Below are positions 1-10,988 of a stretch of 64,000 nt of DNA, piece after piece. The position numbers and the translations under genes were made by a program. How positions within the stretch are numbered: position 1 is the stretch's first letter; each line of letters starts with the position of its first letter. Source of the DNA: Minutocellus sp. GHC0000111. Lineage: Eukaryota. A model generated the notes under the pieces. That model searched no databases. It saw only the letters and a program-made list of their open reading frames with translations, and was not told the origin of the DNA. The DNA is taken from positions 3,286,001-3,350,000 of the forward strand of contig OZ361256.1 of the NCBI GenBank assembly GCA_977018835.1, read 5' to 3'.

Positions 1-2
1 GC

Positions 3-2306
3 CAAATTGGTGTCGAGAAAACGGTACCATCGATTCCCACAACCGACTGCCAGATTTCCATCACCACCGATCTCATCTGTTGCACCATCATCACGCTCTA
101 TGCCATCCACAAGGACTCGACGGTTCAGCGAACGTGCATCGCGGCTCTTGCGATCCCCATAGTTTCGCCCGCGGCCGTCCTTGCTGGTCACTTGTGTGTA
201 TGTCGTCTGCCCGATAGCTATGCGGCCTTCATCTCTTACGTTCAGCGACAGGTAGCGGCCAAGCTCCAGACCAATACCACCAACGAGATAAAGAATTGGT
301 GCAATCTAGGTCTCTGGACAAAGAGTCCAGATGGTCAGCTGTGCTCGTACAATCAAGCCTGTGAGAACCTGGCCGAAGCCCTCGGCAGAGCAGCTGGTCT
401 GTGTGAAGAAGATGGTGTGCTTTCCTGTGGATGTGGGTCAATAGACGAAGTCAAGTTTTACAAGGATCGATTTGATCTGCAACACATTACCGGAATTGAC
501 CCATGCCTCAGAGAAGCACGCACCACGGATGAAAAGGACTTCAATGTTCGTACCATCCGAGCCGGGGTGGAGAACTGTGATGAAATGTTCCCACAACGCT
601 TCTTTGATAAAATTCTTGCGCTTGACAACGTGTACCATTATCCAGACAAAGAAATGGCTCTTCGTAACCTTCTAGGACTGGTTGCTCCCGGAGGAAAGAT
701 TGCCGTTTCAGATGTGTTGTTGAAGCAGAGCAGTGGTACTAGTGATACACCCCTCTGGGTTCGACTTTTGCTGAGATTGATGGGAATACCATTTACGAAT
801 TTGTGGACCAGCGATGAGTATCGGTCCAAGCTTGCCGGCATGGGATTTGATGGTGTGGATGTTCAAACGATATCTGAACAGGTTCTGATCAAGGGATGGT
901 CAAGATATCTTCCAAACACCCTCCTGCAGCATCTTGATTACGCAATCATTGTTGCAAGTGCGCCTATCGAAACCAAGCCCCGACCAAAGAAGAAAATCGC
1001 CATAATCGGAAGTGGCCTTGCTGGCCTATCGTCGGCGTACTATTTGCTGTCATCTCAACACGCAGCTGACTTTTCCATCGATATCTTTGAAGCTAACGAT
1101 TCCCCGGGCCTCGCGGGGAACACGACATTGATCGGCGAGCAGCTTGTCGACGTGCCAGCAAGAATGGCTGCGCTTGGATACTACAACAAGTACAGGGAAC
1201 TTTTGGAAGAGCTCAACATTCCGACAACCATTGTAAAGACCGACTGCTCATTCTATGGAAGCGATGGAAATGGAGGTCACGTCTGCCACTGCTACGACAA
1301 AAACAGCTTTGTGAATGTATACAGTGCTCTTTGCGTAGGTGGCTTTCGGCGACTTTATAGCCTTCTGATGGCTCTGAGCAAGCTTTGCGACGACCATGCC
1401 CCCGTCGAACACTGCGAGGATGCGTCGCAATCATTTAGACAATGGTTGAAAGCAAATCTCGGACTTTCAACGGAAACCACCTACACTTGCAAACTAACAG
1501 GAACTGAGAAGGACCACGACCTTCCTTCTCTCACATGCTATGACAACCCCTTCGCTTACATCATGGTCGGCTCTCTGAGTTGGATGCTGTCTTGTACATG
1601 GGACCAACTCTCCAAGTACCCAGCTGATATCGTTCTACCGTACTGCAAAGGCCTACGAATGGATCGGCTTGGCGTTGGGAGAAAGGGCCAAGTTATTAGG
1701 ATTTCACCGAGCATCAAAGTCCTCGAGCGCGCTCTTTTATACGGTGTGAATAACCTGCAATGCGGCTCACGAATTACGGGGGTCGACAATAAAAAGATTA
1801 TCAATGGAGTTGCCTACGATGCCGTAATCTGCGCCGCCGAGGCTCGAGCTGTGCCAAAAATTATCAAGAATGCGTCGGAAGTCTTCTGCCGGATTGCCCA
1901 CCATCCGAGTACCATCTATCTCCACAAGGATGAGAGCTTTATGCCCCCGAATAAATCCGAGTGGAAGACCTGGAATGTTGAAATGTCGAGCGGACGGGAA
2001 GAGCCTCAACTCACGTTCTGGCTGAATGAATATTACCCGGATGCAAATTTCGATGGAAATATCTTCCAAACGTGGAGCCCTAGTCATGTCCCCAAGGCCG
2101 AACTGACAATCCAAAGAAGCGATTTCCAACGAGTAGTTCATAACAACAACAGCAAAGAAATTGTGTCGGAGATTGAAAGGATCCAAGGGATGGATGGCAT
2201 ATACTTTGCCGGCTCTTATACTGAATATGGCATGGGACTTTTAGAACAGGCTTTGATTTCGGGAAGAAAGGCATCTGGCCAGTTGTTGCGCAACCAACGA
2301 GCTTGA
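3..2306 (+). CDS. 5'-partial fusion protein: hydrophobic membrane segment + class I SAM-dependent methyltransferase + FAD-dependent amine-oxidase-like (COG2907-like) oxidoreductase
   Basis: Frame is open from base 3 (QIGVEK...TDLICCTIITLYAI...IAALAIPIVSPAAVLAGHL). MTase motifs: NLGLW, VLSCGCG, DKILALDNVYHY, PGGKIAVSD. These are followed by the Rossmann motif IAIIGSGLAGL, IFEAN, VDVPAR and C-terminal GIYFAGSY...LLEQALISG. Stop TGA ends at 2306. Confidence 0.8.
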   Translation, partial: QIGVEKTVPSIPTTDCQISITTDLICCTIITLYAIHKDSTVQRTCIAALAIPIVSPAAVLAGHLCVCRLPDSYAAFISYVQRQVAAKLQTNTTNEIKNWCNLGLWTKSPDGQLCSYNQACENLAEALGRAAGLCEEDGVLSCGCGSIDEVKFYKDRFDLQHITGIDPCLREARTTDEKDFNVRTIRAGVENCDEMFPQRFFDKILALDNVYHYPDKEMALRNLLGLVAPGGKIAVSDVLLKQSSGTSDTPLWVRLLLRLMGIPFTNLWTSDEYRSKLAGMGFDGVDVQTISEQVLIKGWSRYLPNTLLQHLDYAIIVASAPIETKPRPKKKIAIIGSGLAGLSSAYYLLSSQHAADFSIDIFEANDSPGLAGNTTLIGEQLVDVPARMAALGYYNKYRELLEELNIPTTIVKTDCSFYGSDGNGGHVCHCYDKNSFVNVYSALCVGGFRRLYSLLMALSKLCDDHAPVEHCEDASQSFRQWLKANLGLSTETTYTCKLTGTEKDHDLPSLTCYDNPFAYIMVGSLSWMLSCTWDQLSKYPADIVLPYCKGLRMDRLGVGRKGQVIRISPSIKVLERALLYGVNNLQCGSRITGVDNKKIINGVAYDAVICAAEARAVPKIIKNASEVFCRIAHHPSTIYLHKDESFMPPNKSEWKTWNVEMSSGREEPQLTFWLNEYYPDANFDGNIFQTWSPSHVPKAELTIQRSDFQRVVHNNNSKEIVSEIERIQGMDGIYFAGSYTEYGMGLLEQALISGRKASGQLLRNQRA

Positions 2307-2486
2307 ATAAATAAATCACACGCAAAGAATTATTTATGAGTTAAAGTCAAGTAAAGTTATGAAGGAAGAAGAGTTTCTTCGCTCGGTACCAGCTTTCGAT
2401 CACTAAACCTCTAGCTCGCTAGTTGGCAACAAAATTATAGGTGCAAGTTGTTATCCGCTCCGCAGTGCTGTCTACTTCTGCTCTAG

Positions 2487-3445
2487 CTAGCTGCTTGCTG
2501 TTGTGCTGCTAGGTCCCTGGATTGATGGTTGAGAAATTTGAAGGTATCGAGCCTTCATCTGCTCGAGGTTGTTTTGCTGGTGAGTGATGAGGACTCGCAG
2601 GATGGAATCCCGGCACATGTGGAATCGGAAGAGGGCCGATTCCCTCTGAGCACCACCATCCACCGACTCCTGCTGTTCCTGTTGAGCCTGACGACGTCTG
2701 CGTTGCTCGTCTTCTTGGACTTCGGAAACTCCGGTGTTGAGGGCTTCGATGGATAGGTTGAAGAACAACTGCGCACGCTCCCAGACGCGTTTGAGTTCCT
2801 TGTGGGTTCGATTCGCGTATTCTTCCCTTTCGGCGGTAACCAGTGAGTGCATGAAACTAATTGCCATGTTGAAGAGAATTGTGGCGGAGTTTCTATATAT
2901 GTCTACCGCCGAGGACTGCCGCATGGTTTCCTTGTTGATGAATATGGGCGAGCAAATTGCGGCATCAGCGGCGCTGCTGCTACTGCTGCCCCCGTCACTT
3001 TTAGGCCTGGTAGAACCTCCAGAGTCGGCGCCATCGGCGGTACCGGTACCGTCCCCAGGTATGCCGGTGGTGTTCTCCGTGCTGATGGAGTACCGAGAGA
3101 TCAATTCCTGCTCCAGTGCCACGGCTTCTCCGTATGCAATCGCCAGGCGGGAGTGTCGGTCTTCCTGGGGTACTCGGCGTTGTCGATAATCTGCTGCCGT
3201 CGTTCTTGCATCGACGGCGTGATGAAAACGACGTGATCCATCATCGTTTGAACTGCCAGTTGGAGATACGATCGAGATTGTCCATCGTCGCCGAGGTTGT
3301 GGTGGATTGCACCAATGTTGTTGTAAGTTGCGCAGAGCAGACCGGCCGTGCTCTCGCCGCCCTCTCCCCATCCACCGGGAGGCCGGGGCGGTAGCACTCC
3401 CGGAAACCTCTCGAGGTTGCTGTTGGTGCTACCGCTGCTGCTCAT
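2487..3445 (-). pseudogene. Frameshifted diatom-type hypothetical protein with TPR-like helices
   Basis: ORF 3101-3445 (YNNIGAIHHNLGD) and ORF 2487-3371 (SATILFNMAI) join if one base is restored in the G4 run at about 3167-3170. This could be a sequencing indel. Confidence 0.55.
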
Positions 3446-4010
3446 GATATCAAATGTCTAACTACATGCAACATGGAACCTTGTGCTAAGCAGTGTCGGT
3501 AAAGATTCTTCGGGGGCAAGCAAAACCCCGTGGAACTCGAGGCACCGAATGGGAAATAGTGATGAACGTTTTACAAATCCGAGGGTTCAACGTCGTCAAT
3601 CGACAAACCAAGTACTACGTAGTACACAAGGTACGGTCACAACATGCCAGACAGGTCAGCAAACACAGAAGTAGGTCTAACGACGACCATCGTACATGTA
3701 GCGCATGTACTACGTAGTAATGCGGCTATGACGCAGCACAGCGTCATGTGTGCGTGAGGATTTATTCATTTTATCGATTATGGAATTCATGAAGGCCCAA
3801 AAGAAAGTGGAAAGTCCGCAGGAGTCCGCGTGCAACCTGACCTGCACACCGAAGCACCAGCAGCATGTCTTCCAATATGGAAATAAATTACCGTAGTTAT
3901 TCATTCATTTATCAGGGCCTGCTCCTGAAAGCAAACGCCAACTTTACGTACCGGGGAGTAATCATCAATCGAAGGGTAGGAATCCCTACGCAGTACATGT
4001 AGCACATGTA

Positions 4011-4509
4011 GAGTAAATGTCTAGTTAAGAAATTGAAAATAGGAAATGCTACAAACATGCGAGCATTCGTCGAAACGCCCCAAACGGCACGGTTTTGGAT
4101 AGCTGCTCTCAATGAGGAGAGTAAGAGAAAATTTTGAACGGCGGAAAAATTCCATGCCGTCGATGAGTTTTGCCGCACTGACTCGATTTTTGGGCATCGC
4201 CGGACGATTTCTAAAACTGCCCAATTAAAAAATGCTAACTTCACCGCGCGAAAAATTTTGCTAGTAGAAGCTAGCAGGCATCATGCTGAACTTACTTACA
4301 AAAATGCACATGACTTTTCCCCCAGTCCTCAGATTTCCAAAAACTCACCGGATTTGAGCTCCTCTCGACGAGCTGAATCCAGTGAGCTATCAAACGCCGC
4401 CGAGAAAAATATTTTGAAAAAACAACTTTTTAGCTAGTATGTGGCACAATGGGCTCTGGAGACCCCATTTGCTCTTCATCGCACCCATTTCTTAATGTGA
4501 CATTTACTC
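4011..4509. mobile_element. Non-autonomous TIR DNA transposon (MITE A), 499 bp, TA-flanked
   Basis: Left end GAGTAAATGTCtagTTAAGAAAT matches the right-end reverse complement GAGTAAATGTCacaTTAAGAAAT at 20/23. TA lies at 4009-4010 and 4510-4511. No convincing coding capacity. Confidence 0.8.
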
Positions 4510-4511
4510 TA

Positions 4512-4801
4512 CCGTGATTACCATGGAAAACCTGCCCGCTTTTTGAAAACCTGCCTGTGTCTTTTAGGGGCAGTAAAAAACCTGCCTCTTCTGCAAAGGG
4601 TAAAACCTGCCCTGTTTTGGGCAGGTTTCCGGCGAACCTGTGGAGAAATCCTGCCCAAACACTTCAATTTTACGTCATTTTAGCATCAAAACCCCCTTTT
4701 TCTTTCTAAAACCTGCCCGTACCTCCAACCTGCCCCTGAAAACCTGCCCTTACGAAAAAGGTAAAACCTGCCAGGCAGGTTTTCTATGGTGCTAATCACG
4801 G
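4512..4801. mobile_element. Non-autonomous TIR DNA transposon (MITE B), 290 bp, Tc1/mariner-superfamily-like (CCGT termini, TA TSD)
   Basis: Left end is CCGTGATTA---CCATGGAAAACCTGCC and the right-end reverse complement is CCGTGATTAGCACCATAGAAAACCTGCC. TA lies at 4510-4511 and 4802-4803. About ten (A)AACCTGCC-like motifs occur inside, in both orientations. Confidence 0.85.
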
Positions 4802-4878
4802 TACATGTAGTTCTACAGCTACCGGTAGCTAATCGTAGCTACGTGTACCTAGATCTAGAGGGCAAGCTGAAGAATCAT

Positions 4879-6766
4879 TTAATACCTCACAAACAGCTTG
4901 GGCTTTTGCAAAGTGCAAACGCACCACATGCACTCAATCACCATTGCCAGCAGATTCATCAGCAGCGACAACCAAGTCATGTACCTAGGTACAAGAGACC
5001 GGCGTTTTCAGCAAATCCCCTTTTTACACAAACTCTCCAAAGCTCGCCAGTACAAATACTCCAACACAACTTCGATTCGTATGGTCCCTGCAAACGAAAG
5101 AGGGGGACGTGGCTCTGGCCGATGCAGTAGGTGAACAGCATCTTGAGAGGTTCGTTCGATCTAGTCAAAGTGTCCAGACTTGGCGCTGCGCCAATATCTT
5201 CCGCCACTCGGTGCATGTAGTTCCCATAATCCACACCATAGCTATACTTGTGCCCCAAAACCATGTACGATGGCGGCTCTAAACTTGTTTGAGGCATCAT
5301 TTTTACTTTGCCCTTCATCCTCTGTAACCACCACATGACTTGAAGCTCACTCATTGGAGGAATGGCCCCAACGTTGGGCCTAGCAAATCCAATAAATCCC
5401 AGTCGAGGACGAATTGTCCCGGTAATGAAGTGCTGCAACGGAAGATAGTCTTCGTTGGCCGAATGCGTGTACTTGCTGCCTTCCATTTTCGTATTGATGC
5501 TGAATGTATTCCTCTCCACTCGAAATCCCTCCTTTATGTCATCATGCAAAAATGGGAAAGATTGCCGATATCCTGTAGCCAAAACGATCATATCGGCCTT
5601 GTATGTTCGGCCGTCGTCAAATCGCAATGTGGCGCCATCCTCTTCCACATCCACTACATGAGTGCGGTGAAAGGTATCAATCGGCCTAAGATTCGTCTCT
5701 CCATAGACCCACATCCAAAAACGACCCCACACGCCCCACCTAGCCTTGACGGCTGCATTCATGTGTGACATGGCCGCATGACTCTTATTGATGATGTGAT
5801 ATCCTCTGCGTATGGGTGTCGTTTGTGCCACCCACTGGTTGAACCCCAGCTACTACCGGTCACAAACAAAAATGCACGGATAAAGATTGTGGACAACCAC
5901 CAGCGCAAACGGAGCTTATGCACCCAAGGATGCTCATATGAGTGTTCAAAAAGATTGGTAATGAAAACATCCAGGGGTCGATCTTCGGCAAGGTTGTGTG
6001 GTACCGACAGAAAACCGCGGCGGACGCAAATGGCGACTGATTGTGAAAGCGGGTTGGTGATTGCCCGATGGGCAATGTCCATGGCCGTTTCACCGCTGCC
6101 TAGAATGATTACACGCTTGCGATTGAACATTGATGCATCTTTGTACTCCGACGAATGGATGATTTGGCCTTTGAAGTTGCTCACCATTGAAGACGATGGG
6201 GCAAATTCAGGTGGTATGTTTGGAGTGTTGTGCAGACCGGAGCACACTGCAACCGCATCGTAGTGCTGAGATACTGTCCTGCCATTCCGATCGAGATATT
6301 TTGCGGTGTAGCCATTGGTATCGATGTCACTGACGGAAACTTTGTGATTGGCGGTGCCAATTTGTTTGCCTTTCGGTGCATCCTCTACTAGTGTGACTTT
6401 GCACCCGAACTGAATGTGTTTCATCAAATCAAAGTTCTCGGCATATCGTTCCAAATATTCCACATATTGTTCGACCGTGGGGTGGTTGGGGCAGACTGCC
6501 GAATCATCATCGAAGCGAAAGTCGGAAAATGCCGTAATATACTTGGATGAGACCAATCGAGCATTGTCGTACACCTTGTTGACAAATGTTCCACCAATGT
6601 GAGTCGAGGCTTCGAGGATGGTGACATGGTACTTTGGTGATGTTGACGCCAAGAGATACTTGGCAGCGACCAAACCGGACGGACCGGCACCGATGACCAG
6701 GGCGGAGAGGAGAGGTCGCTGCTGCTGATCGGCTGCCGGTGGGAATGCAGATGCGGCTGCTGGCAT
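4879..6766 (-). pseudogene. Flavin-containing monooxygenase (FMO / class B), disrupted
   Basis: Motifs GAGPSG, FKGQIIHSSEYK (FMO fingerprint), GSGETAMD and ATGY. Frameshift in the G4 run near 5845 (GSSWG/FNQWVAQT). A second shift at 4982-4991 precedes a hydrophobic C-terminus MTWLSLLMNLLAMVIECMWCVC... ending TAA at 4879. Confidence 0.85.
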
Positions 6767-7185
6767 ATTAAAAGGCGCGGGCAGGGTTCTTTGGCACTGA
6801 GGGGGAAAGATAGATCTTGCTGATGGACTGACGCGCGTCGCGATTTCGGATCTTTCCCTGGCGAAGGACAGACCATTCTCGAAAATGAAAAGGATAGAGG
6901 AAAAAGAGGAGGAGAGTCATTTTCGAAGAATGACTCCCCCCCAAGCAGGGAATCTAGGAATGTTGCCAATGAAGCCAAAGAGAGGGAAAGCAAGGAGACA
7001 AAACCGATCCCACCAATCAAAGACCAGACTGCAAGAAGAACTTCCAGTCGCAAAGTATACCTTTTGCCTCGTATCTTGAGTGGGCAGCGTCATCTGGAAA
7101 ACGAGCACAAGACGTGCCTGCCAAGCCTCGATTGTTGCGAGGAAGGAGCGCTGACTGACTAAGCCTCGGCTGGTCGTGACATTAA

Positions 7186-8616
7186 GTGACTCGAAGACCA
7201 ACTATTGACACCAAACCGATTGTGAATCGTCGATTCTGCTCCGCCCCGGGCCAGAAGCCGTCGTTGAATGACTCCACAATTGCCAGCGGCGCAAACCACC
7301 TTCCACTCGAAAATACGTGTAGTGACGGCAACTCCCCAAAGCCACTGACATGCAGACCCGCGACCGACACGGACAACAACAAAAATGGCGGCGACAATGC
7401 GAACGACAATAAACGAATGAGCTTGGCAACCCGCGCCGGCGCCCTGGTGCGGCAGATATCCTCCCGTGCCAATCTAACTTCCGAGACCCAGCCTCTCACT
7501 ACCACCAGTTGCACCCACGGCAGCCCACCGTCGGCCAAGATGGCCCTCTTCCACACCCGCACGGCGTCCGTCCACGTCGAGAACGGCGAATGGTCCCTGG
7601 CCCTCAAATCATACAACCGGGCCCTCATCCACCACCGGCAGCTGTACGGCCAGGACTCGGCACAGTGCGCCACCACCCTCAACGGCATCGGCGTGTGTCT
7701 AATGAATCTGCTCGACGAGGAAAGCCGGCTGTGCCGCGACTACGTCCGGTATGCCGAATGCGCCCTCCGAGAGGCGTTGTACATTCGCGAACAGATTTTC
7801 GGCACGGACAGCGACGAGGTCGAGGAGGTGGAGATCAACATGGAGTTGATCCTGGGATCTGGGTGGAACGATGATGATGATGATGGTGATGATGGTGACG
7901 ACAACGACGAGACGACCAGCAAGGTCGATTGCAGCAGCAGAACAGCAACATCCCAAAGCAGAGGCATCAGCAACCCACCCAGCCGTTGCAGCAGTACCGA
8001 CTCCCTAAGTGGTAACAATTTTCAGAGAGCCGCTCGTCGATTGTTTGGCGGCGGTACCGGCAGCACAAATACCGTCAAGGAAACACGTCACTCGCGAAAT
8101 CAGATATCTGGAAACGACACCGCCTCGTCGTCGTAGGCACCGTCATCGTCGAGCTCCTCCTCCCTCTCCAGCCAAGAGGAGCAGATCGACATCGGCTTTC
8201 AATACCCTTCGTCGTTTGTGGATGTAGACCTATCGGCCAAGGATCTGAGCATTTCGTCGACTCGACCTTCGACGGCCGCGCCATCTTCTTCTTCATCCTC
8301 ATCTTCCCAGCCTTGCTCATCTTCGTCAAACAAGTCTCTGACTTCCAGCTCGGGTCACTCGACCGCCAGCTTTGGCAATGTCGATAATGACGATAATGAC
8401 GATAGCAATGGCGATGGCATTAACGGAATGGCCATCAGCGAGATTGATCTATGGGCACTGGATGGTAGCAGTGGCGACAAGATTGAGCAGCGCCACAGTC
8501 CTCCTTTGCGCCGACCCCTGAAATGCAGTGTACTAGTAAGCAGAAGCCAGGGACATGGAACAAGCCGACCAAGCCCATCTCACGCATGCAGCGTGTTGTT
8601 TTCTTCGATTAACTAA
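7186..8616 (+). pseudogene. TPR-repeat protein with Ser/Asp-rich tail, interrupted by an in-frame TAG
   Basis: TPR helices (ALKSYNRAL, ATTLNGIGVCL, LREALYIREQIFG). TAG at 8134-8136 falls within a TCG run and is in frame with ORF 8218-8616. Start is uncertain (ATG at 7417 is possible). Confidence 0.6.
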
Positions 8617-8872
8617 TTACGTAGTAAGTCAGACATGATTCTACGTACCGGTAGCTTTATCTCTTAGCTAGAGATAAATGATTTCTGTCCGAGTAAAGTG
8701 TACTTTGTCAGAAAGTAGATCTAATATATTTATTTGCTGCTAATGCATATGTCTGCTTCGCGATTACCCATTTGGTTCACCAACTATGTAGCTGAGATGC
8801 TATTAACTTGAAGTAGCTAAGTAGAGATTGACATGTGAGCGACCTTCTTGTCACCTTATTGTCATCTTTTTG

Positions 8873-9418
8873 TCACGGCTCTGTGATCTTGATTCCCTTT
8901 TCACAGATGGCAGATATGGACTCGTAGGCCTCCAATCGACGGGTGCCACGGACGTATGCCTCGTCCTGAGCAGCTCGAGTAATGGCAACGTCGGCGTCGC
9001 TGTACGTGTGGCGGACGGAGATGGCACGGATGATCTCGGGATGGGGGTGGAAGATGCCCGCTCGCCACTGCTCGTCCTGGTTGTCGCACACGGCTGTTAT
9101 CAGCTGCTCTCGACGTTGGCGAAGTCGGACGATGTTGCCTGGGACGGTGAGGTTTTCGAGGCCCCTTGTCGATACGTCGTCGCTGAGCTTGCCTTGACGA
9201 GCGGCACGAATGGTTTGGACCATCTGGGCTTCACTGGCCTTCTTCTCTTGGGAGGTTTGCCAAAGTTGTTGCCTGTGACGATCGGAATACGCATCGAGCG
9301 GTGGAATGACGAGAGCTCGGACTTTTGGTGAAAAGGAGACGGAGCGACGAGGGCGAGAGTTGGCGCCGTCGGCGGAGGGCCTACTGTTGGTAAAGGCGAT
9401 TGGTTGGCTTCGATTCAT
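8873..9418 (-). CDS. Diatom-type hypothetical protein
   Basis: Contains RRSVSFSPKV...LW...RGLE...AVCDNQDEQW...AAQDE, a pattern common in an expanded diatom family. The ORF is open to 9514. Confidence 0.65.
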   Translation of the reverse strand: MNRSQPIAFTNSRPSADGANSRPRRSVSFSPKVRALVIPPLDAYSDRHRQQLWQTSQEKKASEAQMVQTIRAARQGKLSDDVSTRGLENLTVPGNIVRLRQRREQLITAVCDNQDEQWRAGIFHPHPEIIRAISVRHTYSDADVAITRAAQDEAYVRGTRRLEAYESISAICEKGIKITEP

Positions 9419-9980
9419 GTTGGTGATGGCTTTGGGTTTGGTATTTGCAAGATGTTGTTCTGAAAAAGTAATGTTGGCTTCTGGTTCGCTGAGGTAAAAT
9501 TGCCTTGAATTCACGTACCGCTTGAAGTATGCATGGCCAGCTGCTCCAGCTCCTCTCTTGTTTCGCTCTCATATGATGTTGCCATAAGTGCGTTGGCCAT
9601 TCGGTGTATTTTTGATTTTGAGTGAGGCATGCCGTTCCTGTTGATGTTATTTTGTGTAGAGAAGTTGTGTAGGTCAGAACGGCGCAGTGCAACTTTTGAC
9701 GCGCCTAGCTAGAGTAACTTTCGACGCGCGGGAGCAAACTTTCGACATCACATCGCGACCCAAAAATATCATGATATTTTCCCATCCATGTCTCTGTGTG
9801 AAAAATGGCGGGAGCTGGCGGGAGAGGGTCGTTTCAACTCCAAAACCGTCCGCCCAATGGGCGGTGCCACTGCTCAGAGTGGCTGCTGTGCACACTTTTC
9901 CACTCGCCGTCGCGAAGACAAGATGCATGCGGTATTGCGATGAGCGATCAGAATAACTCTCAAACCATTTGAATTTACAC

Positions 9981-10784
9981 ATGGGGGTCGCGCAAAAAGA
10001 TCCGACAACGACAACCCTCCCCACCATGCCTTCTGTGGCTGATCGACACAACGAGCCGCCGTGCAAAGGGGAGATTGAGACCCTCAAACTCAACGATATC
10101 GAAGAAGATGCGCAGGCAGATTCCAATACTACATATTCCGAAATATCGGCGCCTTCGACCCCACCGACATCACACGCCACATCACGTCGACTCAGCCGAC
10201 GACGATCATCATCGAGCGTCTCCTTCGAGAAGGACAGTCTCGTCATCTTTCAGGAAATGTCGAAACTAGTCGACGAGGGAGACAATCAAGAACACGGCGA
10301 CAACAATACCACAGACACGCAAGACGAAGCAAGAGGCATAAGTGATGGCAACGGTGACAACAACGTCGAGGAAACACCACTGACCTCATCTCTCAGCAGG
10401 TCATGGCAGTTCGACGCCGATCCAGCCGCGTCTCTCTTTGTTCCCTTCACGGATTCTTTCCCAGGTCCTGTCGATGTGGTACTGTTCTCCAACATTTTGC
10501 ATGATTGGCCGGACGAGACCAATGTTCATTTGATTAACAAAGCATACCAGTGCCTTGCTCCTGGTGGGCGCATTGTTATCAGCGAGCTTTTCCTATCAGA
10601 CGATGTCAAATCCAGCACTGTATCATCGACCTCGATGAACATCATCATGCTTCCCTATACCAAAGGTCGGCAATATCGAGCAAAGGAATTATTCCGTAGG
10701 TTAGAGCGAGCTGGATTTGCACAGCCCCATGTCACGAAGCTTGTCGATGACTACGATTTAGTTATCGCAACCAAACCTGAATAA
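9981..10784 (+). pseudogene. O-methyltransferase (Methyltransf_2-type) C-terminal part joined to a low-complexity N-terminus; probably internally deleted
   Basis: DVVLFSNILHDW...LAPGGRIVISE...GRQY...LERAGF is present. The upstream SAM-binding D-x-G-G-G-x-G motif and the dimerisation domain are absent. Confidence 0.6.
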
Positions 10785-10988
10785 TGAACAATCTACATAC
10801 ATGTAGTACATTTAGTTATTAAATATTCCTGGCTAGATGGCGATGAATTAGCAAGCAGAGAATCCCCAACATTATGTTGTTTGCTTAGACGTGTTGTCAC
10901 TCATGCAGCACTTATGTGAATAAAAGTGCTCAATATACTAATTCTATACCATTATAATGATGTTTTACTTTCCTCTATATAACCTCTG

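Noticed and set aside
4527..4785. Repeated AAACCTGCC motifs as a CRISPR array or iteron-like origin
   Set aside because: The repeats are only about 9-10 bp, irregularly spaced and in both orientations. They lie inside a TIR/TA-bounded MITE in eukaryotic DNA with no cas genes.
6790..7162. Charged, protein-like + strand frame upstream of the TPR gene
   Set aside because: No start codon or recognisable motif. It may be another fragment but cannot be supported.
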